The notes: generated from the sequence alone by a model not told the origin. Positions 53,963 through 63,771 are shown, counted from the first letter of the stretch. The stretch: 64,000 nt of DNA from an uncultured Bacteroidales bacterium (GCA_944325415.1 CALUZW010000001.1:71527-135526), one strand, 5' to 3'. Program-made: numbers and translations.

Positions 53963-53970
53963 CAAATATA
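53963..53970 (-). promoter_or_regulatory. candidate -7 box (TATATTTG on minus strand) for wza-wzc
   Basis: Plus-strand caaatata, 33 nt upstream of ATG 53930. Confidence 0.45.
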
Positions 53971-54142
53971 GCCCCTTTGACCTTTATCTGCAAAATAGAT
54001 TTTTTATTTCTAACGACAAATACCCCCTTTTGTTGTATATCGACTTTTAATTGTGTTGTGGAACATTTTCCGCTTTTCTACAACCTGCCGGTGGAGGGGT
54101 AGAAAATGATGGCAGGAACTTGGGTAGCTTGTCGAGATTGTC

Positions 54143-54150
54143 TAATTTTG
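54143..54150 (+). promoter_or_regulatory. candidate -7 box TAATTTTG for the divergent GT2 gene
   Basis: Exact TAnnTTTG, 14 nt upstream of ATG 54164 and 26 nt upstream of the in-frame ATG 54176. Confidence 0.4.
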
Positions 54151-54163
54151 TATCGCATTTTGA

Positions 54164-55375
54164 ATGCGTCTGACTATGATTTTTGAATATTTCCTTCAAG
54201 CGTTTTCGCAGCCGGTAAATGTGGTTGCCGGGGTCTGTGCGGTGGTGGCGGTACTCCTCTTGCTGTTGCTGTTGTATGTCGACAGGGCCTATTACTGGCA
54301 GGTCGTCCGGGCCAGTCGTGCTGTCGGTAAGGACAGCGATATTGCTGAGTCTTCGTTGCCACCGGTGTCGTTGATTGTATATGCCTGCGACAATGCTGCC
54401 TCATTGCGGCAAAATCTGCCCGAGCTTTTTGCGCAGGATTATCCCGACTTTGAGGTGGTGGTCGTCGATGATGCTTCGACCGACGAGACGCGCGACCTGC
54501 TCCGCCTCTATGCCGGACGCTATCCGGCACTCTACTCGACCTATGTGCCGGCCGATGCGTGTGCCCTCAGCCGCAAGAAGTTGGCCATAACGCTCGGCTT
54601 TAAGGCCGTGCGCAACGATTATGTCGTGCTTATTGATGCAACATGTGTACCGTCTTCCCGTCAGTGGCTGCGAAATATGATGAGCCGTTTTTCCGAGGGT
54701 GTCGACATTGTGCTGGGATATACCCGCTTCGATATGTCGGCTCCCGACCAGAGCCGCTATGCGGTCTATGACCGTTTGCTCTTTTCGCTTCGTTACCTGT
54801 CGTGTGCGTTGCGTGGAACTCCCTACATGGGTGAGGGTTCCAATGTGGTGTATCGCAAGTCTCTCTTTTTTGCGCACAAGGGCTTCTCCCGTACGTTGAA
54901 TCTTCGTTATGGCGATGGCGACCTCTTTGTCAATGAAGTGGCCACACCCGATAATACAAGGGTAGAGATATCGCCCGATAGCCGGGTCGACTTACACACC
55001 GACGACGTGGTGTCGCAGTGGCGTATCTTGCGCACACGTTATGGTTTTACCTCGTCTTATTTGCGGCATACCCGGCGTTGGCTTTTCGTGGCAGAGGAGT
55101 GGTCGGCCTATCTCTTTTACGGAGCCTTGGCCCTCATGTGGTGGGCACAGCCTGGGCATCCATGGGTGTGGATTACTACATTGTTGTTGCTGTCGTGGCG
55201 ATGGCTGATGCAGGTGCTGTTTTATCGCCGTTTTACGCAGTCTCTTGACCTCTCCCGATTGGGCTTGCGGGTGCTGGCTTATGAGTGGCTGCGTCCGCTG
55301 ACAAGTGTCTTCTATCGTATCTCGGCACGTCGCCACCGCGAAGAGAATCATACCTGGGGCAGCCTCAAAGTATAG
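54164..55375 (+). CDS. membrane-embedded family-2 glycosyltransferase (synthase-like topology)
   Basis: N-terminal TM, then GT-A core VSLIVYACDNAASLRQNLPELFAQDYPDFEVVVVDDASTDET. Several C-terminal TM helices (WSAYLFYGALALMWW, WVWITTLLLLSWRWLMQVLFY). Confidence 0.82.
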   Translation: MRLTMIFEYFLQAFSQPVNVVAGVCAVVAVLLLLLLLYVDRAYYWQVVRASRAVGKDSDIAESSLPPVSLIVYACDNAASLRQNLPELFAQDYPDFEVVVVDDASTDETRDLLRLYAGRYPALYSTYVPADACALSRKKLAITLGFKAVRNDYVVLIDATCVPSSRQWLRNMMSRFSEGVDIVLGYTRFDMSAPDQSRYAVYDRLLFSLRYLSCALRGTPYMGEGSNVVYRKSLFFAHKGFSRTLNLRYGDGDLFVNEVATPDNTRVEISPDSRVDLHTDDVVSQWRILRTRYGFTSSYLRHTRRWLFVAEEWSAYLFYGALALMWWAQPGHPWVWITTLLLLSWRWLMQVLFYRRFTQSLDLSRLGLRVLAYEWLRPLTSVFYRISARRHREENHTWGSLKV

Positions 55376-55398
55376 GCACAATGCCGCATGAGAATATG

Positions 55399-55434
55399 CG
55401 AGGCCCGAGGCTGGTTTTACAACCTCGGGCCTCG
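55399..55434. terminator. bidirectional hairpin between convergent genes
   Basis: 12-bp stem cgaggcccgagg (55399-55410) / cctcgggcctcg (55423-55434). Confidence 0.65.
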
Positions 55435-55462
55435 TTGTATCATAGGTGAGCCGACAGCCACT

Positions 55463-55951
55463 CTATTGCGCGCTTTCGGGGGTATCGGGGCGAGTGATGG
55501 CTATGTCGTACCGTAATAGGGTGAATGTGATTTTGAATGCATAACTCGATTCGATGCTTTTCCCCGTAGGTGGGGTCAGGTAGTAATAATATTGCCGGTT
55601 CTGGTCGAAACTGTCAATGGTGATTTTCTTGGTCATGCCGGGCAGAATCTCTTCGTCGATTGTTACATCGCGATAGTCGAGCATTTCGTTCTGTGGGGTT
55701 CGGTATACGAGCCGCAGTACGATGCGGGTGACGGTTTCCCGGGTGCGGTTCTGTATGAGAAGCGACTCTTTTTTCGACGAAAGCGGTTTTTCAAAACCGA
55801 GTATCATGATGGCCTGGTCGAAGGAGGGCCTGCTGACGGTTCCGCTTTGTCCCACCGTTCGGGCTGTTGGCTGTTGTTCGGTACGGAGTTGGGCTGCCGG
55901 CGAGGAGAGGCTGCATAGAAGTATTATCGACAGAACGAAAGTGTGTTTCAT
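55463..55951 (-). CDS. hypothetical secreted protein
   Basis: Signal peptide MKHTFVLSIILLCSLSSPAAQ from ATG 55951. 162 aa. No motif recognised. Confidence 0.6.
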   Translation of the reverse strand: MKHTFVLSIILLCSLSSPAAQLRTEQQPTARTVGQSGTVSRPSFDQAIMILGFEKPLSSKKESLLIQNRTRETVTRIVLRLVYRTPQNEMLDYRDVTIDEEILPGMTKKITIDSFDQNRQYYYYLTPPTGKSIESSYAFKITFTLLRYDIAITRPDTPESAQ

Positions 55952-56051
55952 GAGAAAATGAGTGTATGTCAATTATATAACGGGGCGGTCGGGTGCAGAC
56001 CGGAGTGTTTCTCGTCGGGCGTTTGAGCCCAAAGGCCGACCGGGCTTTCTA

Positions 56052-56155
56052 CAAAGATACGAAAAGGTGTGGACCGAGGCAAGAGAAAACAGCGTTTTCA
56101 AATTGACTATGCCGAACCGCTTCCTCTCTTCGTGTAACAAAAATAGTGAAATTTT
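56052..56155. repeat. dispersed copy (about 1.2 units) of the 86-bp cassette seen at 43094-43330
   Basis: 56094-56120 is identical to 43136-43162 (gttttcaaattgactatgccgaaccgc). The next 31 nt differ at 4 positions. The preceding 49 nt are the same length with about 37 identities. The hairpin gaaaac-agc-gttttc is retained. Confidence 0.8.
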
Positions 56156-56268
56156 TATTTGGAGATTCTTTTGTCGATGGTTTTGTCTGCCTGATGTAGC
56201 CTATTTATCGGAAGATATGGAATAGAAATCTATTTTATCGTTATCTTTATGACCTAAAAACGTCGATT

Positions 56269-57438
56269 ATGAATGTACGGATTCCAATTCTGCTTTTCGG
56301 TATATTGTGTTTGTCTCATTGGAGCATGGCACAGTCTCGTGTACAAGTGGGAGCCGACCGGCTCGAAACCTGGTTGCCTGCTCTCGAAGGGAAACGGGTG
56401 GCCTTGGCAGTCAACCACACCTCACGGCTGACAGGCACCTCTACACATCTGGTCGATACGTTGCTGGCCCGCGGTGTAGAGGTGGTGGCCCTTTTTGCTC
56501 CCGAACACGGCTTGCGCGGGACGGCCGACGCGGGAGAAACTCTTTCCGACGGAAAAGATTCCCGTACCGGTTTGCCGGTTTATTCGCTTTACGGACGGAA
56601 CAAGAAGCCTGCTCCTGAGCAGTTGGCCGATGTCGATGTGCTGATATTTGACATACAGGATGTGGGGGCCCGCTTTTATACCTACATCACCACGCTCTAT
56701 TATCTCATGCAGTCGTCGGCCGAGGAGGGGGTGTCGTTGTGGGTACTCGACCGGCCCAATCCCTGCGATTATGTCGACGGGCCGGTGCTGCAAGATTCTT
56801 TGCACTCGTTTGTCGGTGCGCTGCCCCTGCCGGTGCTGCACGGCCTTACGGTCGGTGAGTTGGCACAAATGATTCGGGGCGAGAACTGGGGAGGCACTGC
56901 TGCGCTTGATTTGCAGGTCGTTCCGATTTGTGGTTGGCGGCATGGCGACCCATACAGCCTGCCGGTGAAGCCATCGCCCAATCTGCCTAACGACAAGTCG
57001 ATACAATTCTATCCGTCGCTTTGCTTTTTCGAGGCTACGCGGGTGAGTGTCGGGCGCGGTACGTATATGCCCTTTCAGGTGATAGGTTATCCCGACTCGA
57101 CATTCGGCTCGTTTACCTTTACGCCGGTGGCTTTGCCGGGCTACGACAAGAATCCGTTACAGCGCGACCGTTTGTGTTATGGTGAGGACTTGCGCGACTC
57201 GATACCTCCCAAAGGGTTGTCGTTGAAGTATCTCTTGCGGTTTTTCCAGCTGTCGGGCAGCCGGGCCGATTTCTTTTCTAGCCCCTCTTTCTTCGACCGG
57301 CTCATGGGTAACCGGCAGGTGCGTCGCGATATTTTGGCCGGAAAGAGTGAGGCCGAAATCAGCTCTTCGTGGCAAAAAGAACTGGCGGCATACAGAGTGC
57401 TGCGCCGCCAGTATTTGCTTTATCCCGACTATCGGTAG
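56269..57438 (+). CDS. DUF1343 family protein (exo-beta-N-acetylmuramidase NamZ-like)
   Basis: VALAVNHTS, LFAPEHGLRG, LIFDIQDVGARFYTYITTL, SPNLPN. 389 aa with signal peptide. Confidence 0.82.
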   Translation: MNVRIPILLFGILCLSHWSMAQSRVQVGADRLETWLPALEGKRVALAVNHTSRLTGTSTHLVDTLLARGVEVVALFAPEHGLRGTADAGETLSDGKDSRTGLPVYSLYGRNKKPAPEQLADVDVLIFDIQDVGARFYTYITTLYYLMQSSAEEGVSLWVLDRPNPCDYVDGPVLQDSLHSFVGALPLPVLHGLTVGELAQMIRGENWGGTAALDLQVVPICGWRHGDPYSLPVKPSPNLPNDKSIQFYPSLCFFEATRVSVGRGTYMPFQVIGYPDSTFGSFTFTPVALPGYDKNPLQRDRLCYGEDLRDSIPPKGLSLKYLLRFFQLSGSRADFFSSPSFFDRLMGNRQVRRDILAGKSEAEISSSWQKELAAYRVLRRQYLLYPDYR

Positions 57439-57473
57439 ATTTAATGACGATTGCCGAGGGGTGATGTCGTGTG

Positions 57474-58271
57474 TCAGAAGACGTAGGCAAACCCTATATT
57501 GAGGTAGACATTGTACATTTTGAAGCCTACGGCTGTGAAGTCGCCGGGGAAAATCGGAGTAAGGCCCCATGTCAGGTCGCCGTAAATCGAGAGGTGCTTG
57601 TAGGCTACGAATTCGGCGCCAACGTCCAGCCCGCAATCAAACCGGTTAATGTCGGCCGAGAAATCATACGGGGCATCGGTTTCGAGTTTCGGCTCTGTGG
57701 GGTGTGTGCGCATATAGCCGTTCTTGGCCTCACCGTCAAAATTCCCTCTGAGAAGGAACGAAACATAGGCGCCGGCTTTGAGGTTCCAGCGATGATTTAC
57801 TTTGTATGCGGCCTGTATGGGAATGGACAGGTATTGGTTGTTGACCTTTGTTACCACGTCGCCGGTATAGATGCCTTCGATGTAGCTGCCGTCGTTGAGC
57901 AGCTTGATGGTATAGTTCTTGACGGTGGCGTCGGTTTCCATGCCTTTTGTTTCGAAACGCAATCCCAGATTTACGCCCCATTTGGGTGTAAACCAGCGAA
58001 TGACATCGCCACCTATCGAGAGTGAAAGTGTTGGACCGAAGGAGTTGATTTGGCGTATCTCGGCGGGAAGACCCATGGGAGAGGTACCGCCGATGTTGAA
58101 TCCGGCTTTTACGCTGAATTCGTATACCTTTGAGGCTTTGTAGGCATTATATTTCTCGACCAGAGGTTTTTCGGGCTGATTCTCCCGGGCCATGTTTGTG
58201 GCAAAAGTCGGAAGCGTGAAGGCTATGGCCACAGCCGTGGCAATGAGACGGTATATTGATATTTTTTTCAT
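57474..58271 (-). CDS. outer-membrane beta-barrel protein (porin-family/OMP_b-brl-like)
   Basis: Signal peptide, alternating beta-strand pattern, C-terminal ...NIGFAYVF. Confidence 0.7.
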   Translation of the reverse strand: MKKISIYRLIATAVAIAFTLPTFATNMARENQPEKPLVEKYNAYKASKVYEFSVKAGFNIGGTSPMGLPAEIRQINSFGPTLSLSIGGDVIRWFTPKWGVNLGLRFETKGMETDATVKNYTIKLLNDGSYIEGIYTGDVVTKVNNQYLSIPIQAAYKVNHRWNLKAGAYVSFLLRGNFDGEAKNGYMRTHPTEPKLETDAPYDFSADINRFDCGLDVGAEFVAYKHLSIYGDLTWGLTPIFPGDFTAVGFKMYNVYLNIGFAYVF

Positions 58272-58289
58272 CAGGGCAGAGTTTGTGGG

Positions 58290-59507
58290 TTACTTTTCGT
58301 AGTGTATGGTAATATCGTCGACCGTAAGTTCACTGTCGATGGCACCTTCGAAGAAGTCGCCGTAGTAGCTCGAACAGCATACGATGGTGAGACTGTATTC
58401 TTGTTTTTTAAGTCGCTCGGGATCGATGAGGGTGCGGTAATCGACATTTTCATCGACGCTTTTGAAGGGAATATTCACAAATTTCCATTCTCCGTCGGTG
58501 CCTTTTTCCCATTGGCGGTACTCGGCATTGTCGCAGGTGTGCAGGTTGGCTATGGCGATGATGGAGGAACTGGTAAATACGTTCGAGCCGTCAAGGGTGG
58601 GAATGTTGAGCGGGTTTTCGGCTTTGGCCTTTACATTGTCGAAGAATACGGCATAGATGGCACAGAAATCCGGCGTGCCTTCACGTGTAGTAAAAGTCTC
58701 GCCTGTATAGGCATAGGTGCCGGGGGTGTATTTGAAATAAACATCAAAGGAAGTCGGAATTTTGTCGTAAGGGTACCCGAAGCGTGTGGCTTTCAAGGGT
58801 TCTGACATCAAGTTGATGCCTTTTCCTGAAAATTCTCCGAGGAAGATGTTTCCAGCAGCAATAGGTTTGCCAAGAGATGCTCCTAAGGTACCGGTCTTGC
58901 GGGTTACGAGTTTAGCTGCCTTGCTGCCGCTGTGGGCATCGTCGGTCGAGAAGGTAGGGTAGTCTTTGGCTCCTTTTCCGCTGGCAACAGCCGAGAATCC
59001 GAGGTTTCCGCTGTCCCACAGATATAGGTCTATTTCGGGGTAGTGTTCGGTCGTGCCGTCGCTGTTGGTGATGGTCATGCCGTGTTCGTACGACTTCTCG
59101 TATTTGCCGTCGAGAGACCAGTATTCAAAGCCGAAGTATTCGGGTATTTCGGTCGGTGTGTATATGACCGTATAAGTTTTGCTGTACTGCTTGTCTTCGG
59201 AGGTCACTTTTACATATTCGATATGTACGGCATCTTGGTCAGTCTGGTTTTCTATGGTGTATGTAGCACCTTCCGAGACGATATAGGTGGGATTTATCTC
59301 CTCTTCGAAATTACTTGATTTTCGCTTCATAGACACCGTGGCACGGTTGCGGTCTATCTTGATGTAGGTGATGAGGTCTTCTTGTGCAACGGTGATGTCT
59401 TCGATGTCGCATTCGACGTTGGCTTTCTCGTCTTTTATACAGCTTGTCATAAAAAATGCGAGAAGTAATCCGCAAAAGAGGAAAAAGAAACGGGTCTGTT
59501 TTTTCAT
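58290..59507 (-). CDS. PCMD (putative carbohydrate metabolism domain)-like lipoprotein
   Basis: Lipobox FFMTSC. FGFEYW, LWDSGNLGF, AAKLVTRKTG, IAAGNIFLGEF, FGYPYDKIPTSFDVYFKYTPG and DFCAIYAVFFD match my recollection of the PCMD pattern. Confidence 0.6.
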   Translation of the reverse strand: MKKQTRFFFLFCGLLLAFFMTSCIKDEKANVECDIEDITVAQEDLITYIKIDRNRATVSMKRKSSNFEEEINPTYIVSEGATYTIENQTDQDAVHIEYVKVTSEDKQYSKTYTVIYTPTEIPEYFGFEYWSLDGKYEKSYEHGMTITNSDGTTEHYPEIDLYLWDSGNLGFSAVASGKGAKDYPTFSTDDAHSGSKAAKLVTRKTGTLGASLGKPIAAGNIFLGEFSGKGINLMSEPLKATRFGYPYDKIPTSFDVYFKYTPGTYAYTGETFTTREGTPDFCAIYAVFFDNVKAKAENPLNIPTLDGSNVFTSSSIIAIANLHTCDNAEYRQWEKGTDGEWKFVNIPFKSVDENVDYRTLIDPERLKKQEYSLTIVCCSSYYGDFFEGAIDSELTVDDITIHYEK

Positions 59508-59598
59508 ATCTTAATATATATGATTTCTATAAGGTCTTATAAAAGATTCTTGTAGGGAAATCTGTATCGGTTTTTCTTTTTGTTGAAAAATACCCCTG

Positions 59599-59606
59599 CA
59601 AAGGTA
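59599..59606 (-). promoter_or_regulatory. candidate -7 box (TACCTTTG on minus strand) for the PCMD/beta-barrel pair
   Basis: Plus-strand caaaggta, 92 nt upstream of ATG 59507. Confidence 0.4.
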
Positions 59607-59667
59607 CGTTATTTTTTTTAATGCATATATATACCTGAAAAACTTTTACTATATCATTCGGTTTTTG

Positions 59668-59699
59668 CAAAAAAAACTCCGCCTTTTGGGGGCGGAGTT
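59668..59699 (-). terminator. rho-independent terminator after prs
   Basis: Stem aactccgcc (59675-59683) / ggcggagtt (59691-59699). On the minus strand it is followed by a T-run (plus-strand A-run 59669-59676). Confidence 0.85.
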
Positions 59700-59719
59700 G
59701 AATAAATAGAAAATATCTT

Positions 59720-60658
59720 TTAAATGATATATTGCGAACTGATGGATTCGTTCTCGTACACGCGGCGTATGGTGTCGGCAAACATATCGGCGATGCTGAT
59801 GATATGCACCTTGGGGCAGTCCTTATAATAAGGTATACTGTCGGTGAATATCAATTCGGTCATTTTCGATTCGGTAACACGAGACGAGGCGGGGTCAGAC
59901 ATTACGGCGTGGCTGGCAATGGCTCGTACCGAGAGAGCGCCTTTGCTCATCATCAGGTCGGCGGCCTTGGTTATGGTACCGGCGGTATCTACCATATCGT
60001 CGACGAGAATTACGTTCTTGTCTTTGACATCGCCAATGACAGTCATGCTCTCCACTTCGTTGGCTTTGGCTCTCGATTTGTGGCACAATACCAAAGGTAC
60101 ACCGAAGTATTTGGCGTAGGAGTTGGCACGTTTTGAGCCTCCGACGTCGGGCGAGGCGATAACCATATCTTTGAGGTTGAGCGATTTGATGTATTCGCCG
60201 AATACTGTCGAGGCATAGAGGTGGTCGACGGGTACGTCGAAGAAGCCTTGAATCTGGTCGGCATGTAAATCCATCGTGATGAGACGGTCGATGCCGGCAA
60301 CACTCAGCAGGTCGGCAATCAGTTTGGCGGCGATAGATACTCTCGGCTTGTCTTTACGGTCTTGTCGTGCCCAGCCGAAGTAGGGGGTTACGGCAATAAT
60401 CGATTCGGCCGAAGCCCGTTTGGCGGCATCAATCATGAGAAGAAGCTCCATCAGATTGTCGGCGTTGGGGTAGGTCGATTGAATCAAAAATACCTGACAG
60501 CCGCGAATGGATTCTTCAAATGATACCGAAAATTCGCCGTCGGCAAAATGCTGAATGTTCATTTTCCCCAATTCGCAACCCAGCGAGTTGCAAATTTTTT
60601 CTGCTAAATAGCGGGTGTTGGTTCCGGCGAAAACCTTGAATGGCGGTCTCTGAATCAT
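59720..60658 (-). CDS. prs: ribose-phosphate pyrophosphokinase
   Basis: MDLHADQIQGFFDVPVDHLY, ILVDDMVDTAGT. 312 aa. Confidence 0.95.
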   Translation of the reverse strand: MIQRPPFKVFAGTNTRYLAEKICNSLGCELGKMNIQHFADGEFSVSFEESIRGCQVFLIQSTYPNADNLMELLLMIDAAKRASAESIIAVTPYFGWARQDRKDKPRVSIAAKLIADLLSVAGIDRLITMDLHADQIQGFFDVPVDHLYASTVFGEYIKSLNLKDMVIASPDVGGSKRANSYAKYFGVPLVLCHKSRAKANEVESMTVIGDVKDKNVILVDDMVDTAGTITKAADLMMSKGALSVRAIASHAVMSDPASSRVTESKMTELIFTDSIPYYKDCPKVHIISIADMFADTIRRVYENESISSQYII

Positions 60659-60695
60659 TGTTTCTTTCTTTGGAAAGGTTTTTGATATTCTTTTG

Positions 60696-60703
60696 CAAAG
60701 GTA
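60696..60703 (-). promoter_or_regulatory. candidate -7 box (TACCTTTG on minus strand) for prs
   Basis: Plus-strand caaaggta, 38 nt upstream of ATG 60658. Confidence 0.45.
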
Positions 60704-60718
60704 GAAAGAATATCGTTA

Positions 60719-62452
60719 TTATGTGTGGGTTGTGTCGGTTTTTTTCGAGCGGACGGGTGCCGTTTTTATTTTGCATTTCCATATAGCGGCACCGTATGCC
60801 GGTATGACCGTATCAAAAAGGTGGTCGGGCGAGAGAGTTTTTGGCTGTTTTTCTCCGCCAAGCATCTCTTCGCAGTCGTATGTGCCGGGCACGATTTTCC
60901 AGCAGTCGAACGCGTGTTGCGGAATACAGATGCTGACCTCAGTAGCCCAAGCGTTGAAGTTGGCGGCGATGAGGAGCATTTCGTTTTTGAATTTCCGCAG
61001 AAAGGCGTAGTTGTGTTTGGCATCGAACCGCTCGTTGTCGAAGTTGACATACATCAGGTCAAAAAATTCACCTTCTCTCAGTGCGGCCTCTTTGTTGCAC
61101 AGCGTGAGGGCCTGCTGGTACAAGGTGCGCAACCGCTTCTGGTCGGGGGTGAGTTTTTCGTCGTTGCAGCGGCCTTGGTTGTACCAGCTGCGCACCGAGG
61201 GGACGCTCCAATAGTCGAAAATGGTCGTGCGTCCGTCCTGCCCGCTGAACCCTTCGGCATCGGTGGCTTTTTCGCCCAACTCCTGCCCGAAGTAGAGGAG
61301 GAAAGGGTTGCGGTTCATCATGGCCGATATAATGAGGGAGGGATAGGCCTTGAACGGGTCGCCGGCGTTCTGTGTCGATGCCACCCGTTGTTCGTCGTGA
61401 TTTTCGAGAAAATTCACCATACGGGTGTTGATGCCTTCGAGCGATTGCCAGCAATGGCTTATCTGTAAGGTCGAGGCGTGTCCGCTCACGATGTTGCGTA
61501 GCAGGTCGTAGAGCCCCACCTTGTCGTACAGGTAGTCGAAGTGTCCAATGTTCAGGTAGTTGCGGTATTCGCAGGGATTATATACTTCGGCGATGAAGAT
61601 GAGGTGGGGGTAGTGCTGCTTGATTTGCGGTATGGCCCAGCCCCAGAACTCGACGGGTACCATCTCGGCCATGTCGCACCGGAAGCCGTCGATGTTCTTT
61701 CCTGCCCAGAAGAGGAGTATGTCTCGCATCTTTATCCAGGTATCGGGTATGGGCTCGAAATTCCTTCGCATACAGTTGAGGTAGTCGACACCGTAGTTCA
61801 GTTTGACGGTCTCGTACCAGTCGTTCTCTCCGGGGGAGGCCGAGAAGCAGTCATTGCCAGTTGCTTTGGCCGGGTATTCGTTGTAGCGTTCCGAGCCTTC
61901 GCCTATGTAGAAGTGGGGCGAGAATGGTTGTTGGGGCAGATAGTAGAAGTTGTTGTGGGGGTCGAAGGCGTGCGCCGGATTATCGTTGGCACCCAGGTCT
62001 TCGATACCTGACGGTTTGGCGTCGGAGTGGTATTGCCGGGCCACATGGTTGGGCACGAAGTCGATAAGTACTTTCAGTTTGTTGCGATGGGTACGTTCGA
62101 CCAGGGTTTCAAACTCGGCCATGCGTTCGGGTATGTTTACGGCCAGGTCGGGGTCGATGTCGTAGTAATCTTTTATGGCATAGGGCGAGCCGGCTTTGCC
62201 CTTGACGACGTATCGGTTGTCGATAGCGATACCATAGGCCGAATAGTCGGTCTGTGTGGCATGCTCGATGACACCCGTGTACCATACATGGGTACACCCC
62301 AAACGCGCTATTTCGCGCAGCGCCCTGTCGGTGATGTCATTGAATTTCCCTACTCCGTTCTCTTCCAGGCTACCGTTGGGGATGCACTTCTCGTTTGTGT
62401 TTCCAAAGAGACGGGGTAAGAGCTGGTATATGATGATTTTTTCCTGTTTCAT
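60719..62452 (-). CDS. GH13 alpha-amylase-family glycoside hydrolase (cytoplasmic; no signal peptide seen)
   Basis: LIDFVPNHVA, IDGFRCDMAEMVPVEFW, NFLENHDEQR. Confidence 0.88.
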   Translation of the reverse strand: MKQEKIIIYQLLPRLFGNTNEKCIPNGSLEENGVGKFNDITDRALREIARLGCTHVWYTGVIEHATQTDYSAYGIAIDNRYVVKGKAGSPYAIKDYYDIDPDLAVNIPERMAEFETLVERTHRNKLKVLIDFVPNHVARQYHSDAKPSGIEDLGANDNPAHAFDPHNNFYYLPQQPFSPHFYIGEGSERYNEYPAKATGNDCFSASPGENDWYETVKLNYGVDYLNCMRRNFEPIPDTWIKMRDILLFWAGKNIDGFRCDMAEMVPVEFWGWAIPQIKQHYPHLIFIAEVYNPCEYRNYLNIGHFDYLYDKVGLYDLLRNIVSGHASTLQISHCWQSLEGINTRMVNFLENHDEQRVASTQNAGDPFKAYPSLIISAMMNRNPFLLYFGQELGEKATDAEGFSGQDGRTTIFDYWSVPSVRSWYNQGRCNDEKLTPDQKRLRTLYQQALTLCNKEAALREGEFFDLMYVNFDNERFDAKHNYAFLRKFKNEMLLIAANFNAWATEVSICIPQHAFDCWKIVPGTYDCEEMLGGEKQPKTLSPDHLFDTVIPAYGAAIWKCKIKTAPVRSKKTDTTHT

Positions 62453-62457
62453 GGGGG

Positions 62458-62757
62458 TCAGATGATGTAGTCGACACAGGCCCGCGACTCCTTGATATCC
62501 TTGATGATGGAAGCGGCGGTCAGGTGGTCGGGGTGGTTGGCGTAGTAGTGCAGCTCTTCAAAGGTCTCGAAGGTGGTTGTCAAGGCAATGTCGTATGTCT
62601 CTTCCGCGTTGGCATTCAACCCTACTTCGATGGATAGCAGGCAGGGAATCTTTTCCTTTAAGGCTTCCAGTGCACTTTTGAAGCTTTGCATGGCTGCTGT
62701 TCTTTCACTGTCGGGAATATCTTTTTTTAGTTTAAAAAGGACTATATGTTTAATCAT
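62458..62757 (-). CDS. Dabb (stress-responsive alpha/beta-barrel) family protein
   Basis: MIKHIVLFKLKKD...FETFEELHYYANHPDH. Start ATG 62757. Confidence 0.8.
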   Translation of the reverse strand: MIKHIVLFKLKKDIPDSERTAAMQSFKSALEALKEKIPCLLSIEVGLNANAEETYDIALTTTFETFEELHYYANHPDHLTAASIIKDIKESRACVDYII

Positions 62758-62798
62758 GACATAAAATTTTATTATATTCGCCATATCAACGACTATCG

Positions 62799-62806
62799 CA
62801 AAAGTA
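62799..62806 (-). promoter_or_regulatory. candidate -7 box (TACTTTTG on minus strand) for the Dabb/amylase pair
   Basis: Plus-strand caaaagta, 42 nt upstream of ATG 62757. Confidence 0.4.
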
Positions 62807-62849
62807 AAAGTTTTTTTTGATATAATAAATACGGTATAAATTAAGTGTT

Positions 62850-63725
62850 ATGACAAAACGAAAAATATCGGCATTGCTGGTAGCTCTGGTTCTTGGTACC
62901 ACGGCTTGGGCCCAAGAACCTTTTACGGTGCCCGTATGGCCCGATGGTCCGGCCGAAGACAATGGTATTACGGCCGAAGAAAAAATCACCAAGGAGGGCC
63001 GTGTGTTGAATGCCCGCACGGCCGAGTTGTTTGTTTACTTGCCAAAGTCCGAAGTAAATACCGGGGCGGCGGTACTGATATGCCCCGGCGGAGGATATGC
63101 CCGTCAGGCCATGCAGCATGAGGGTACGCTCTTTGCCGAGATGCTGGCACAGAAAGGCGTTGCCGGCATTATTCTTAAATACCGGTTGCCCAACGGTCAT
63201 CATGCCATTCCGTTGACCGATGCCCAGGAGGCCATGCGCATTGTACGTGCCCATGCGGCAGAGTGGCATATCGACGCGACCAAGGTGGGCGTTGCCGGTT
63301 TCTCGGCCGGAGGTCATGTGGCTTCGACATTGGGTACACATTTTGATGCTACGTCGCGTCCCGACTTCATGCTGCTTTTTTATCCGGTGGTAACCATGGG
63401 GCCGTTGACACATCAGGGCTCGCGTAATAATCTTCTGGGCGATTTAAAAGATGATGCCGACCTTGTGTCTTATTATTCCAACGAGTTGCAGGTTTCGGCA
63501 TCGACACCTCCGGCACTCTTCCTGCTGAGCGATGACGATAAAAGCGTGCCGCCGGCCAACAGCGTACAGATGTATCTGCGCATGAAGGATTTGGGTATTC
63601 CGGCTGCGATGTATATCTTCCCCGAGGGAGGACACGGTTGGGGCTGTCGGCCCACATTTGCTTATTATGAGCAGTGGACGCAGCTGATGTGGCGGTGGTT
63701 GCAGAATCGGCATATTATCCCTTGA
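62850..63725 (+). CDS. secreted alpha/beta-hydrolase (esterase/lipase-like, GxSxG)
   Basis: Signal peptide. VLICPGGGYA (oxyanion-type HGGG variant), VAGFSAGGHVAS, C-terminal EGGHGW. Confidence 0.8.
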   Translation: MTKRKISALLVALVLGTTAWAQEPFTVPVWPDGPAEDNGITAEEKITKEGRVLNARTAELFVYLPKSEVNTGAAVLICPGGGYARQAMQHEGTLFAEMLAQKGVAGIILKYRLPNGHHAIPLTDAQEAMRIVRAHAAEWHIDATKVGVAGFSAGGHVASTLGTHFDATSRPDFMLLFYPVVTMGPLTHQGSRNNLLGDLKDDADLVSYYSNELQVSASTPPALFLLSDDDKSVPPANSVQMYLRMKDLGIPAAMYIFPEGGHGWGCRPTFAYYEQWTQLMWRWLQNRHIIP

Positions 63726-63771
63726 TGAGAAAAATATGTTTTATAAATGTTTCAATAGAAGAAGAAATAGT

